A stretch of 64,000 bases of DNA from an uncultured Eubacteriales bacterium (GTDB taxonomy: Bacteria > Bacillota > Clostridia > Lachnospirales > Lachnospiraceae), in NCBI GenBank assembly GCA_900321855.1, contig ONXS01000002.1, positions 5,177 through 69,176 on the forward strand, given 5' to 3'. Within the stretch, counting starts at the first letter, position 1, and every line of letters begins with the position of its first letter. Positions 1 through 9,118 of the stretch are shown here, piece by piece. The notes below the pieces were generated by a model, which worked only from the letters and a program-made list of their open reading frames with translations, did no database searches and had not been told where the DNA came from. A program made the position numbers and the translations under genes.

Positions 1-84
1 AGAATTATAGATATTCAGCCAATCAGTGACAAACAATATATTGCCATTATTGAAGGAAAAATTGAAGAGATAAAACTAAAGTAA
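1..84 (+). CDS. 3' end of a gene truncated by the window edge (unknown product)
   Basis: Frame 1 reads RIIDIQPISDKQYIAIIEGKIEEIKLK then TAA at 82-84, directly before the RBS of the next gene. Confidence 0.6.
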   Translation, partial: RIIDIQPISDKQYIAIIEGKIEEIKLK

Positions 85-96
85 AAAGAGGAAGAT

Positions 97-801
97 ATGG
101 AAATACTATTAATATTACTTGTTGTAGCAGTGATTGCAACAACTACACGATATGGTTATAAAAAGGGACTAATTAAAATTGCATTATCAGTGTGTATTTC
201 TGTGATTTCATTATTTGGCTCCTTCCTATTATCCAGTCCAATGAGGAATTTTATCAGATATAATACAAACATTGAAAAAAATATCTACAGCCAGATGAAG
301 GTTTATGTGGATACCAATATGGATTCGAGATTAGATAGCGAAACGCTTACCAAAGACGCACAGGACGAGGCAATTAAGCAATTACAACTTCCAAAGGTAA
401 TAGAAGAGCAGTTGTTAAAGAGTGATAAGGATATTTTAAAGGAAGGCATCAAAGCGAGCAGGCTCAATGAGAATATTGCAAGGGCACTCACCAATATGAT
501 TATGCAGGTGATTTGTTTTGCAATTACATTTCTGATATTTAAAGTTGGAGTGCGGGTATTGATGCAGACTCTTGGAATATTGAGTAGGCTGCCAGTAATC
601 AAAGATGTCAATAGGATGTTAGGTGGAGCACTTGGATTTGCAGAAGGCATGATTATCGTGTGGATTTTGTGTATTGTTGTTACGGCATTGGGAGGAATAC
701 CAATGGGACAGGATATTCTTTCCACAATAAAAGGAAATGCCTTGTTAAGTTTTATTTATAACAGTAATATATTGTTAAAGATATTATTAATTTTTAAATA
801 A
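97..801 (+). CDS. CvpA (colicin V production) family membrane protein
   Basis: N-terminal TM followed by GYKKGLI; C-terminal LPVIKDVNRMLGGALG motif typical of clostridial CvpA. Confidence 0.8.
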   Translation: MEILLILLVVAVIATTTRYGYKKGLIKIALSVCISVISLFGSFLLSSPMRNFIRYNTNIEKNIYSQMKVYVDTNMDSRLDSETLTKDAQDEAIKQLQLPKVIEEQLLKSDKDILKEGIKASRLNENIARALTNMIMQVICFAITFLIFKVGVRVLMQTLGILSRLPVIKDVNRMLGGALGFAEGMIIVWILCIVVTALGGIPMGQDILSTIKGNALLSFIYNSNILLKILLIFK

Positions 802-865
802 AAAATACTTGACGAGAGAATTAATTTTTGATACAATATATGTCGTCAGTTAATGACAGACATAT

Positions 866-936
866 GGCGAGTTAGCCAAGTGGTAAGGCTCCGGTCTGCA
901 ACACCGTCATCACCAGTTCGAATCTGGTACTCGCCT
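866..936 (+). tRNA. tRNA-Cys (GCA), CCA not encoded
   Basis: Acceptor stem GGCGAGT/ACTCGCC with U discriminator, D-arm GCC-AAGTGGTAA-GGC, anticodon loop CT-GCA-AC, T-loop TTCGAAT; TTGACG..TGnTACAAT promoter upstream. Confidence 0.95.
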
Positions 937-939
937 TTA

Positions 940-971
940 GAGACTATATGAGATTCATATAGTCTTTTTTT
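940..971 (+). terminator. Intrinsic terminator after tRNA-Cys
   Basis: AGACTATATG-AGATT-CATATAGTCT followed by T-run. Confidence 0.8.
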
Positions 972-1038
972 ACGACTTAGTTCTGAATAGTCATCTTATT
1001 TTGTGCTTTTAATATAAAACGGAAAATATACAAAAGCC

Positions 1039-1068
1039 AAACGCCAGTATGCGATATACTGGCGTTTT
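1039..1068 (-). terminator. Hairpin/terminator downstream of the XRE gene
   Basis: AAACGCCAGTAT-GCGAT-ATACTGGCGTTT perfect inverted repeat. Confidence 0.6.
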
Positions 1069-1103
1069 GATATTTTTGGATATGGCGTAAGAAAGTGAAA
1101 ATT

Positions 1104-1430
1104 TTAATCACATAATCCCTGAAGATAAGCAAAAAGCTTATCTTTTTTATTTTCTGGAAGTGAATTGTAAATTTTTATTAACTGTTTTGTCTGTGTATCT
1201 GTGATGACAATTTCTGGCTCAGTTTCTTCAAGTAAATCGGATATGGAAATGTTGAGACAGATACAAATTTTGTATAGATTTTTTAAAGATGGTGCAGAGT
1301 TTCTGTGTAAAATACTCGTTAATGTAGTATAGGGAACATTACTCTGCTTTGCAAAATCGTGAATAGATTTAAAATGTAATTTTGCTAAATGCGCAATTTT
1401 ATTTGAAATATCTTCATATGGGTATGCCAT
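1104..1430 (-). CDS. XRE-family HTH transcriptional regulator
   Basis: SIHDFAKQSNVPYTTLTSI...PSLKNLYKICICLNISISDL Cro/C1-type HTH. Confidence 0.8.
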   Translation of the reverse strand: MAYPYEDISNKIAHLAKLHFKSIHDFAKQSNVPYTTLTSILHRNSAPSLKNLYKICICLNISISDLLEETEPEIVITDTQTKQLIKIYNSLPENKKDKLFAYLQGLCD

Positions 1431-1498
1431 ATTATATACCCCCTTATTTAATATATAATGATTGATAAAGATTTCATAAAATTACACTTGGGGAAAAA

Positions 1499-2104
1499 TT
1501 AGGATTCGATACGATGTCTTTCCATAATACCTCTTACACCATCAAAGAGATAAGGTTTTAGTTCCTCAATATCAACAGGCTCTGAATATAAAATGGCACT
1601 ATAGCATGTGCTGCTGACAAGTTCCGTAATCATAAACAGCATAATCTCAGGATTTTTAAATTGCACATCTGTTCTGTTTGTAATTCGCGTGTAAATATTA
1701 TAAAAATATAACTCATCATCATCAGTCGGATGAATCAGTGATGTTTTGAAAATCCCCCAACTGAGATTCTTTGAGATGAAAGATAGTAGAGAGGGATTGT
1801 CACATAATTGATTAATAATACTGTTTACAATGAAAATTACTTCATCAAAAATATTATTAATATCAGTTTGTGAAAGTTCATCATCTGCTTTTCGAAATAA
1901 CTGTGCAGCTTTTTTGGCAATCAGCATATTTCGCAAATCATATTTATCTTTAAAATACAGATAAAAAGTTCCTTTCGCAACACCGGACTGTTGAACAATA
2001 TCTGATATAGATGTTTTGTTAATTCCTTTTGATGTAAACAGAGAGAAGGCAGATTCTAACAAAGACTCTCTTTTTAGTTTTTTGTTAATTTCAAGTTTGC
2101 TCAT
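1499..2104 (-). CDS. TetR/AcrR-family transcriptional regulator, divergent from the MMPL operon
   Basis: KGINKTSISDIVQQSGVAKGTFYLYFKDK TetR HTH signature. Confidence 0.93.
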   Translation of the reverse strand: MSKLEINKKLKRESLLESAFSLFTSKGINKTSISDIVQQSGVAKGTFYLYFKDKYDLRNMLIAKKAAQLFRKADDELSQTDINNIFDEVIFIVNSIINQLCDNPSLLSFISKNLSWGIFKTSLIHPTDDDELYFYNIYTRITNRTDVQFKNPEIMLFMITELVSSTCYSAILYSEPVDIEELKPYLFDGVRGIMERHRIES

Positions 2105-2223
2105 TGTTTTTCACTTCCTTATATTAAAAGTTATTAAGAGTTGTCTGGTAAATCCCCCTATAATACGCACTTATATCATAGGTTTATTGTACTATAAATT
2201 CGTTTAAAAATAAACAAAATAGT

Positions 2224-2242
2224 ATTGACCAGTGGTCATTTT
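2224..2242. promoter_or_regulatory. Putative TetR operator O1 overlapping the -35 (TTGACC) of the MMPL promoter
   Basis: ATTGACCAGTGGTCATTTT; palindromic core TGACC-N3-GGTCA in the tetR/MMPL divergent spacer. Confidence 0.75.
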
Positions 2243-2265
2243 TATGTTATATATAGTTTAACAAG

Positions 2266-2284
2266 AAAATGACCGTTGGTCAAT
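2266..2284. promoter_or_regulatory. Putative TetR operator O2 (inverted copy)
   Basis: AAAATGACCGTTGGTCAAT = reverse complement ATTGACCAACGGTCATTTT, 17/19 identical to O1. Confidence 0.75.
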
Positions 2285-2308
2285 ATGAATTTAAAAAGGA
2301 GTGAGAAT

Positions 2309-4393
2309 ATGTTAAATCTAGGAAAGAAAATAGTTAAGTTACGTTATGTTATTCTGGCACTTAGTATCTTATTATTAATTCCATGTGGAATAACTTATTT
2401 AAATACGAGAATTAACTATGATATCCTTTCATATCTTCCTAAGAATATCGACACCATGAAGGGACAGGATATTCTCGTAGATGAATTTGGCACAGGAGCA
2501 TTTTCAGTCGTTGTAGTAGACGATATGAAACAGAGTGATCTTGCAAAGCTGGAAGATAAAATTTCGAAAGTAGATCATGTTAAGGCAGTTCTTGGATATG
2601 ATTCATTTAAGGAAATGTCGATTCCTATGGATGCAGTTCCAAAGAAAGTAAAAGATGCATTAGTAAATGAAAAAACAAACAGTACAATTTTTATGGTATT
2701 GTTTGATACTTCAACTTCGGCAGATGAGACGTTAGAGGGTATTGAAGAAATTAGAAGTATTACAAAAGGACAGTGCTTTTTAAGTGGTATGTCTTCTGTT
2801 GTATATGATATTGCTGAAATCAGTAAGACAGAGGCTGTTGCCTATGTCATACTCGCAGTAATCATGACAATTATTGTCCTGACACTTACGATGGATTCAT
2901 TCCTGATACCAGTATTTTTCCTGATTAGTATCGGTTTTGCAATCGTATATAATCTTGGTACAAATTACATATCAGGAGAGATTTCATTTATTACACAGGC
3001 GCTGACAGCAGTATTACAGTTGGCAACGACATTGGATTATTCTATTTTCCTGTGGCACAGCTATCAAGATTACAGAGAGACTTATCCAAATGAAAAAGAG
3101 AGAGCGATGGCTCATGCAATTTCAAATACGATTGGGTCAGTTACAGGAAGTTCAACAACAACAATCGCCGGTTTCGTGGCAATGTGCTTTATGACATTTA
3201 CTCTTGGTCTTGACCTCGGTGTGGTTATGGCGAAAGGTGTTGTATTTGGAGTTATTTCCTGCGTAACAATTCTTCCTTCTTTAATTCTTGTATTTGATGG
3301 AGCAATTCAGAAGACAAGACATAAAGCATTTATGCCAGACTTGGGTAAAATTGGAAAATTCGTTGCAAATAAATATGTTGTTTTTATCATTGTATTTGCC
3401 GTTGTCATGGTTCCAGCTTTATATGGATATAAGCACACAGAGGTTTACTATGACCTTGCAGGAACACTTCCGAAGAAACTGAATAGTGTTAAGGCAAATC
3501 AGAAACTGGAAAAAGATTTTAACACAGGAGCAACTCATATGATTCTTTCTAGCAGTGAGTTGTCATCAAAAGATACATCCATGATGATTGATGAAGTGGA
3601 AAAAGTAGACGGTGTAAAAACTGTATTAGGACTTGATAATATTGTTGGTCCTGCAATTCCAAAAGATGTAATTCCAAATAAATATAAGGAAGTGCTCGAT
3701 AGTGGAAAATATAAACTGATTATGATTATGTCAGAATATAAGACGGCGTCCGATGAGGTTAATAATCAGGTAACAGAGATTCAGGATATTTTAAAGAAAT
3801 ATGATAAGAATGGAATGTTAATCGGAGAGGCTCCTTGTACAAAGGATTTGATTACGATTACAGATACTGATTTTAATACAGTTAGTGCAGTTTCTATTGT
3901 ACTTGTATTTATCATTATTGCAATTGCATTAAAATCAATTTCACTTCCAGTCATTCTGGTACTGGTCATTGAGGCAGCGATTTACATCAATATGGCGATT
4001 CCGGCATATACTCATACGACATTGCCTTTCATTGCATCTATCGTAATCGGAACAATTCAGTTGGGTGCAACGGTTGACTATGCAATTCTTATGAGTAATA
4101 AATATAAGAAATTAAGAAGAAACGGAGCAGAGAAAAAAGATGCAATTATCGGAGCATTGAATGGTTCGGTTCAGTCAATTTTCGTCAGTGCGATGAGTTT
4201 CTTTGCAGCAACATTTGGTGTTGGTTTATATTCAAGTATCGATATGATTAGTTCGATTTGTATTTTGTTAGCAAGAGGTGCAATCATTAGTTTCATCATG
4301 GTTTCATTTATCTTACCGGCATTTTTCATGATATTTGATAAGGTAATTATTAACACAAGTTTAGGATTTAAACCTAAAAAAGTTCAGGAATAA
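2309..4393 (+). CDS. MMPL-family RND transporter
   Basis: Two internal repeats each with multi-TM block and DY ion-relay motif (QLATTLDYSIF, QLGATVDYAIL); start moved to ATG 2309 after AAGGAG. Confidence 0.9.
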   Translation: MLNLGKKIVKLRYVILALSILLLIPCGITYLNTRINYDILSYLPKNIDTMKGQDILVDEFGTGAFSVVVVDDMKQSDLAKLEDKISKVDHVKAVLGYDSFKEMSIPMDAVPKKVKDALVNEKTNSTIFMVLFDTSTSADETLEGIEEIRSITKGQCFLSGMSSVVYDIAEISKTEAVAYVILAVIMTIIVLTLTMDSFLIPVFFLISIGFAIVYNLGTNYISGEISFITQALTAVLQLATTLDYSIFLWHSYQDYRETYPNEKERAMAHAISNTIGSVTGSSTTTIAGFVAMCFMTFTLGLDLGVVMAKGVVFGVISCVTILPSLILVFDGAIQKTRHKAFMPDLGKIGKFVANKYVVFIIVFAVVMVPALYGYKHTEVYYDLAGTLPKKLNSVKANQKLEKDFNTGATHMILSSSELSSKDTSMMIDEVEKVDGVKTVLGLDNIVGPAIPKDVIPNKYKEVLDSGKYKLIMIMSEYKTASDEVNNQVTEIQDILKKYDKNGMLIGEAPCTKDLITITDTDFNTVSAVSIVLVFIIIAIALKSISLPVILVLVIEAAIYINMAIPAYTHTTLPFIASIVIGTIQLGATVDYAILMSNKYKKLRRNGAEKKDAIIGALNGSVQSIFVSAMSFFAATFGVGLYSSIDMISSICILLARGAIISFIMVSFILPAFFMIFDKVIINTSLGFKPKKVQE

Positions 4394-4411
4394 TTAGAAA
4401 GGATGATTATT

Positions 4412-7400
4412 ATGCGTAAATCAATAAAAAGTGCATTGGCTATATCAATGGCAGTTCTCGTAGCAGTAGCAGGAATTGGTTATGAGTCATTATCGAAAAC
4501 TGAGACTACTGTCAGAGCAGATAATACAAAAGATAAAGAGACAATCGAGAGTACAATCAATAAAAATGTAACAGCATCAACAACTGGAGAAGATAAAGAA
4601 GAAACTGTATATTTTATTTCAGATGCAAATGGTAATGTTACAAAGACTGTTGTCAGTGACTGGTTAAAGAATCGAGACGGCAGTGATAAAATTACCGATA
4701 AGTCGGATTTGAAAGATATTGAGAATGTAAAATCAGATGCAGATTATACAACAGGCAGCAATGGTGAGATTGTATGGAACGCGGATGGTGAGGATGTTTT
4801 TTATCAGGGAACTACCGATAAAGAAGCCCCAGTTGATATGAAAGTTACTTATTATTTAGATGATAAGGAAATCAAACCAGAAGATTTAGCGGGCAAGAGT
4901 GGTAAAGTAAAAATCAGATTTGATTATACAAACAAACAGAAAGCTACTTATACAGAGAGCGGAAAGAATTATGAAGTTTATGTGCCATTTACAATGATTT
5001 CAGGAATGGTGTTAGATAACGAGAAGTTCTCAAATGTTGAGATTAATTCAGGTAAAGTTGTCAATGACGGAAATCGAAGTGTTGTTATTGGTCTTGCATT
5101 TCCGGGATTAAAAGATAATTTAAATACAGAAAAGATTTCTAAGGATCTTGATAAAGAACTTGACCTTCCAGAGTATGTAGAAGTTACAGCAGATGTGAAA
5201 GATTTTTCGCTTGGCCTTACACTTACAATGGGAAGTGCAGATATGTTATCTCAGATTAATCTTGATTCTGCATCAGATAGTCTGGATGAGGTAAAGGATA
5301 AATTAAATGAGTTAGTATCAGCGACAGATCAGTTGAAAGATGGTACAGCTCAGTTAAAAGATGGTCTTGCAACTTTAAATGACAAATTTGGAACATTTGG
5401 CAGTGGAATTGGACAGTTAGTTTCTGGATTAAAACAGTTAAATGACGGAGCAGCTCAGTTAAATAGTAAGACTCCAGAACTCACAAATGGTCTTGGAACA
5501 TTACTTGGCGGTGTTGACCAGATAATCGCAAAGGTAGATGGAGAGAACGGAGCTGTATCTGGTTCAAAACAGCTTGCAGATGGAGCAGCAAAAGTAGATG
5601 CCGGAATTGGTCAGTTAGTTGATAAAGTAGACGGAGAGAACGGAGCTGTATCTGGTTCAAAACAGCTTGCAGACGGAGCAGCACAGGTAGATGCCGGAGT
5701 TGGTCAGTTAATTGATAAAGTAGACGGAGAGAATGGAGCTGTATCTGGTTCGAAACAGCTTGCAGACGGAGCAGCAAAAGTAGATGCCGGAATTGGTCAG
5801 TTAATTGATAAAGTAGACGGAGAGAATGGAGCTGTATCTGGTTCAAAACAGCTTGCAGACGGAGCAGCACAGGTAGATGCCGGAGTCGGTCAGATTATTG
5901 ATAAAGTGGACGGAGAGAATGGAGCTGTATCTGGTTCAAAACAGTTAGCAGACGGGGCAGCACAGGTAGATGCCGGAGTTGGTCAGTTGAGTGATAGCAG
6001 TGCAGAACTTGCAGGAGCAGTTGGTCAGCTTGCAGCGGGAGCAGGTCAGGTTAATGAAAATCTTGTGACAGCAGTAGATGGTTCAAAACAGGTTGCAGAT
6101 GGTTCTCAGTCAGTTGCAACAGGTTCTCAGGCAGTTGCAGAGGGTGTTACACAGTTGACAGAGCAGATGAAGGCTACTGTAGTCGGATTACAGAATTCAA
6201 TGGCTACGATGCAGTCAACAATTGCAGAAAATGAGACAAAGATTCAGCAGTGTCAGGCAGTTCTTCAGGGAGGAATCAGCCCTCAGACAGGTCAGGCATT
6301 AAGTCAGGAAGAAATCGTATATTATAATGGAAGCATTCAGCAGTTAACAGGAGCAAATACAGCATTACAGTCAGTTGTTGCACAGTTGGCAGCACAGCTT
6401 CAGGGAGTTGATCCAACAGCGATGAATGAACAGCTCACACAGTTGAAAGATGGTGCAAATCAGGTAGCAGCAGGAGCAAATCAGGTGGCAGAAGGAGCAG
6501 CTAATGTAAATACAGGACTTACACAGTTACAGCAGCAGGGAACAGCAGTTGTTGCAGGTGGTCTTGCACAGTTAGATGCAAAGGTTCCGGAACTTGTGAC
6601 AGGAGTAAACCAGTTGAAAGCAGGAACATCACAGCTCAGTGGTGGTGCAGCTCAGTTACATGGTGGAATGAATGAATTAAGTCAGGCATTAAATGGACAG
6701 TTAAAACCGGGAACAGCACAGCTTAGCACAGGAGCAGCAGCACTGAATGGAGGAATGAATACACTCAGTCAGGCATTAAACGGTCAGTTAAAACCGGGAA
6801 CAGCACAGCTTAGTGCAGGAGCAGCAGCACTGAATGGAGGAATGAATACACTCAGTCAGGCATTAAACGGACAGTTAAAACCGGGAACAGCACAGCTCAG
6901 TGCAGGAGCAGCAGCACTCAACGGAGGAATGAATACACTCAGTCAGGCATTAAATGGACAGTTAAAACCGGGAACAGCACAGCTTAGCGCAGGAGCAGCA
7001 CAGCTTAGTTCAGGAATGGGAACACTCAGTGAGGCGTTAAATGGACAGCTCAGACCGGGAACAGCACAGCTTTACGATGGAAGTCAGGCACTCCAGTCAG
7101 GAATTTCACAGTTATACACAGGAATTCAGTCAGCAAAGAATGGTGGAGATCAGCTCTCATCAGGAACAACACAGGTTTCAGACGGTATTAAGAAACTTTA
7201 TGACGGAAGTACAAAGTTAGATGATGGAATGAAACAGTATCAGGATGAGGCTGTTAGCAAATTAAAAGACTTTACAGACAACGATTTACAGGAAATCATT
7301 GACAGAGTAGATGCTACTGTCTCAGCAGCAAATGATTATACAATCTTCACAGCGGCAGCAGATAACAAGAGCACAAGTGTTAAATTTATCTATGAGACTG

Positions 7401-7426
7401 CAGAGATTTCAGGCGAAGATAAATAG
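4412..7426 (+). CDS. Exported YhgE/Pip-like protein with X-X-X-Leu-X-X-Gly heptad repeats (MMPL partner)
   Basis: Signal/anchor peptide; KEETVY..., LAGKSGKVKIRFDYTN, VPFT motifs; long QLxxG heptads; C-terminal SVKFIYET; cotranscribed with MMPL. Confidence 0.8.
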   Translation: MRKSIKSALAISMAVLVAVAGIGYESLSKTETTVRADNTKDKETIESTINKNVTASTTGEDKEETVYFISDANGNVTKTVVSDWLKNRDGSDKITDKSDLKDIENVKSDADYTTGSNGEIVWNADGEDVFYQGTTDKEAPVDMKVTYYLDDKEIKPEDLAGKSGKVKIRFDYTNKQKATYTESGKNYEVYVPFTMISGMVLDNEKFSNVEINSGKVVNDGNRSVVIGLAFPGLKDNLNTEKISKDLDKELDLPEYVEVTADVKDFSLGLTLTMGSADMLSQINLDSASDSLDEVKDKLNELVSATDQLKDGTAQLKDGLATLNDKFGTFGSGIGQLVSGLKQLNDGAAQLNSKTPELTNGLGTLLGGVDQIIAKVDGENGAVSGSKQLADGAAKVDAGIGQLVDKVDGENGAVSGSKQLADGAAQVDAGVGQLIDKVDGENGAVSGSKQLADGAAKVDAGIGQLIDKVDGENGAVSGSKQLADGAAQVDAGVGQIIDKVDGENGAVSGSKQLADGAAQVDAGVGQLSDSSAELAGAVGQLAAGAGQVNENLVTAVDGSKQVADGSQSVATGSQAVAEGVTQLTEQMKATVVGLQNSMATMQSTIAENETKIQQCQAVLQGGISPQTGQALSQEEIVYYNGSIQQLTGANTALQSVVAQLAAQLQGVDPTAMNEQLTQLKDGANQVAAGANQVAEGAANVNTGLTQLQQQGTAVVAGGLAQLDAKVPELVTGVNQLKAGTSQLSGGAAQLHGGMNELSQALNGQLKPGTAQLSTGAAALNGGMNTLSQALNGQLKPGTAQLSAGAAALNGGMNTLSQALNGQLKPGTAQLSAGAAALNGGMNTLSQALNGQLKPGTAQLSAGAAQLSSGMGTLSEALNGQLRPGTAQLYDGSQALQSGISQLYTGIQSAKNGGDQLSSGTTQVSDGIKKLYDGSTKLDDGMKQYQDEAVSKLKDFTDNDLQEIIDRVDATVSAANDYTIFTAAADNKSTSVKFIYETAEISGEDK
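5531..5990 (+). repeat. Five in-frame 93-bp (31-aa) tandem repeats
   Basis: GTRGAYGGAGAGAAYGGAGCTGTATCT recurs at 5534, 5627, 5720, 5813, 5906. Confidence 0.95.
6681..7072 (+). repeat. Five in-frame 87-bp (29-aa) tandem repeats (last one partial)
   Basis: (Q/E)ALNGQL(K/R)PGTAQL unit begins at 6681, 6768, 6855, 6942, 7029. Confidence 0.95.
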
Positions 7427-7471
7427 AAGTATTCGCTAAAACAAGATACCAACAAAAATAAATTTTATATG

Positions 7472-7508
7472 AAAGAGGTGGTGCAACCAAGTTGCACTGC
7501 CTCTTTTT
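7472..7508 (+). terminator. Intrinsic terminator of the MMPL operon
   Basis: AAAGAGGTGGTGCAAC-CAA-GTTGCACTGCCTCTTTTT. Confidence 0.85.
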
Positions 7509-7550
7509 GTGTGTTATGATAACGTTAATTGTGGTGAGGAGTGTGATTGT

Positions 7551-7733
7551 ATGGATTTTCAGGTTGGAAAAGTCGTAAAATTAAAGAAAAAACACCCATG
7601 TGGAAGTTTTGAGTGGGAAATTCTAAGAGTGGGAGCAGACTTTCGATTGGAATGTCTTGGGTGTAGACATCAGATTATGATTCCGAGAAAAACGGTTGAA
7701 AAGAGTGCGAGAGAAATTAGAGATAAAAAATAA
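7551..7733 (+). CDS. DUF951-family small protein (YyzM-like)
   Basis: LKKKHPCGSFEWEILRVGADFRLECLGC motif; conserved position before rpsF. Confidence 0.85.
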   Translation: MDFQVGKVVKLKKKHPCGSFEWEILRVGADFRLECLGCRHQIMIPRKTVEKSAREIRDKK

Positions 7734-7800
7734 AAAATTAGCTTGAAATATCTGGATTCTTATGTTAAAGTAGAGTTCTGTGATATATTATTACAAGTAT

Positions 7801-7848
7801 TATCCTTGTTTCCTGCCAGACAGGAGACCAGAGACCAAAAGGAGGTAA
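7801..7848 (+). promoter_or_regulatory. Probable S6:S18 ribosomal protein leader (autogenous control RNA)
   Basis: CCTTG...inner hairpin TCCTG/CAGGA...GACCA-AAAGGAGG: CCTT pairs with the RBS, with an unpaired CCR motif before it. Confidence 0.65.
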
Positions 7849-7855
7849 AACACGC

Positions 7856-8146
7856 ATGAACAAATATGAATTAGCTGTAGTTTTAAGCGTAAAACTTGAA
7901 GATGAAGAGAGAACAGCTGCACTTGAGAAGGTAAAAGAGTACATCACACGTTTTGGTGGAACAGTTACTGACGTAGAAGAGCAGGGTAAGAAGAAATTAG
8001 CTTACGAAATTCAGAAAATGAAAGAAGCTTACTACTACTTTATTAAATTCGAGTCTGATTCAGCATGCCCAGCACAGGTTGAGCAGCAGGTTCGTATCAT
8101 GGAGCCAGTTATCAGATTCTTATGTGTTAGAGATGACGCAGAATAA
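7856..8146 (+). CDS. rpsF: 30S ribosomal protein S6
   Basis: KYEL...GKKKLAYEIQK...YYFIKF signature. Confidence 0.97.
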   Translation: MNKYELAVVLSVKLEDEERTAALEKVKEYITRFGGTVTDVEEQGKKKLAYEIQKMKEAYYYFIKFESDSACPAQVEQQVRIMEPVIRFLCVRDDAE

Positions 8147-8201
8147 TTGATATATTAGTACAGAAGATATAACAAAAGATATAAAAGAAAGAGGCGATTG
8201 T

Positions 8202-8660
8202 ATGAATAAAGTCATATTAATGGGTAGATTAACAAGAGATCCGGAAATCAGATATTCACAGGGTGACAGTGCTATGGCAATTGCAAGATTTTCTCTTGCT
8301 GTTGACAGAAGATTCGCTAAGAATAGCAGTGATGGACAGACAGCAGATTTTATTAACTGTGTAGCATTTTCAAAGACAGCAGAGTTTATTGAGAAGTATA
8401 CTCACAAAGGAACAAAACTTGTTGTTGAAGGAAGAATTCAGACAGGAAGCTATACAAACAAAGACGGTAATAAAGTTTACACAACAGATGTTATTGTTGA
8501 GAATACAGAATTTGCTGAAAGTAAAGCATCAGCTGCAAATTCGGGATATGCAGTACCGGAGAATGCAGAAGGGACAGCTCCGGCAAAGCCTGAAGGTAAA
8601 CCAGGTGAGGGATTTATGAATGTTGCAGACGGTTTGGATGATGAAGGATTACCATTTTAA
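8202..8660 (+). CDS. ssb: Single-stranded DNA-binding protein
   Basis: [22 protein letters not shown], acidic C-terminal DDEGLPF. Confidence 0.97.
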   Translation: MNKVILMGRLTRDPEIRYSQGDSAMAIARFSLAVDRRFAKNSSDGQTADFINCVAFSKTAEFIEKYTHKGTKLVVEGRIQTGSYTNKDGNKVYTTDVIVENTEFAESKASAANSGYAVPENAEGTAPAKPEGKPGEGFMNVADGLDDEGLPF

Positions 8661-8677
8661 ATAAAGGAGGGCCTACA

Positions 8678-8950
8678 ATGCCATTTAATAAGAATGAAAA
8701 AGGCGACAGAAGTGATTCTCCAATGAAGAGAAGAGGCGGACGCAGAAGAAAGAAAGTCTGCGTATTCTGTGGCAAAGAGAATAACGAAATCAATTATAAA
8801 GATGTAGCTAAATTAAGAAAATATGTATCTGAGAGAGGAAAAATCCTTCCTAGAAGAATCACAGGAAACTGTGCAAAGCATCAGAGAGCTCTTACAGGAG
8901 CAATCAAACGTGCAAGACATATTGCTTTAATGCCATATACATTAGATTAA
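8678..8950 (+). CDS. rpsR: 30S ribosomal protein S18 (zinc-binding C+ form)
   Basis: CVFC...[22 protein letters not shown]. Confidence 0.97.
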   Translation: MPFNKNEKGDRSDSPMKRRGGRRRKKVCVFCGKENNEINYKDVAKLRKYVSERGKILPRRITGNCAKHQRALTGAIKRARHIALMPYTLD

Positions 8951-8960
8951 TTATGATTAT

Positions 8961-8992
8961 AAGACCAGTAGATTTTTCTGCTGGTCTTTTTT
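8961..8992 (+). terminator. Intrinsic terminator of rpsF-ssb-rpsR
   Basis: AAGACCAGTAGA-TTTT-TCTGCTGGTCTTTTTT. Confidence 0.85.
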
Positions 8993-9118
8993 GTACATTT
9001 GTTTTTTATATAAATAGCTTGCTTTTCTTGTAAAATCAAGCTATCATAAAATAAATTAGAAGTATCGTGGAACAGATGCTTTGAAATAAATTTTGACAGA
9101 TGAAGAAAGGTGTAAATT

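Noticed and set aside
896-902. C38 in the tRNA-Cys anticodon loop (GCA-A-C, not an A36-A37-A38 MiaA substrate)
   Set aside because: Probably ordinary lineage variation; nothing else suggests altered decoding
866-1430. tRNA-Cys plus XRE gene as a prophage or ICE attachment site
   Set aside because: No integrase, and no duplicated tRNA 3' end seen in the window
5531-7072. Tandem arrays as CRISPR or mobile repeats
   Set aside because: Units are multiples of three, in frame, vary mainly at synonymous sites, have no unique spacers, and no cas genes are present
9066-9074. CGTGGAACA (also near 23830) as parS
   Set aside because: Only a half-site; the left half of TGTTNCACGTGAAACA is absent
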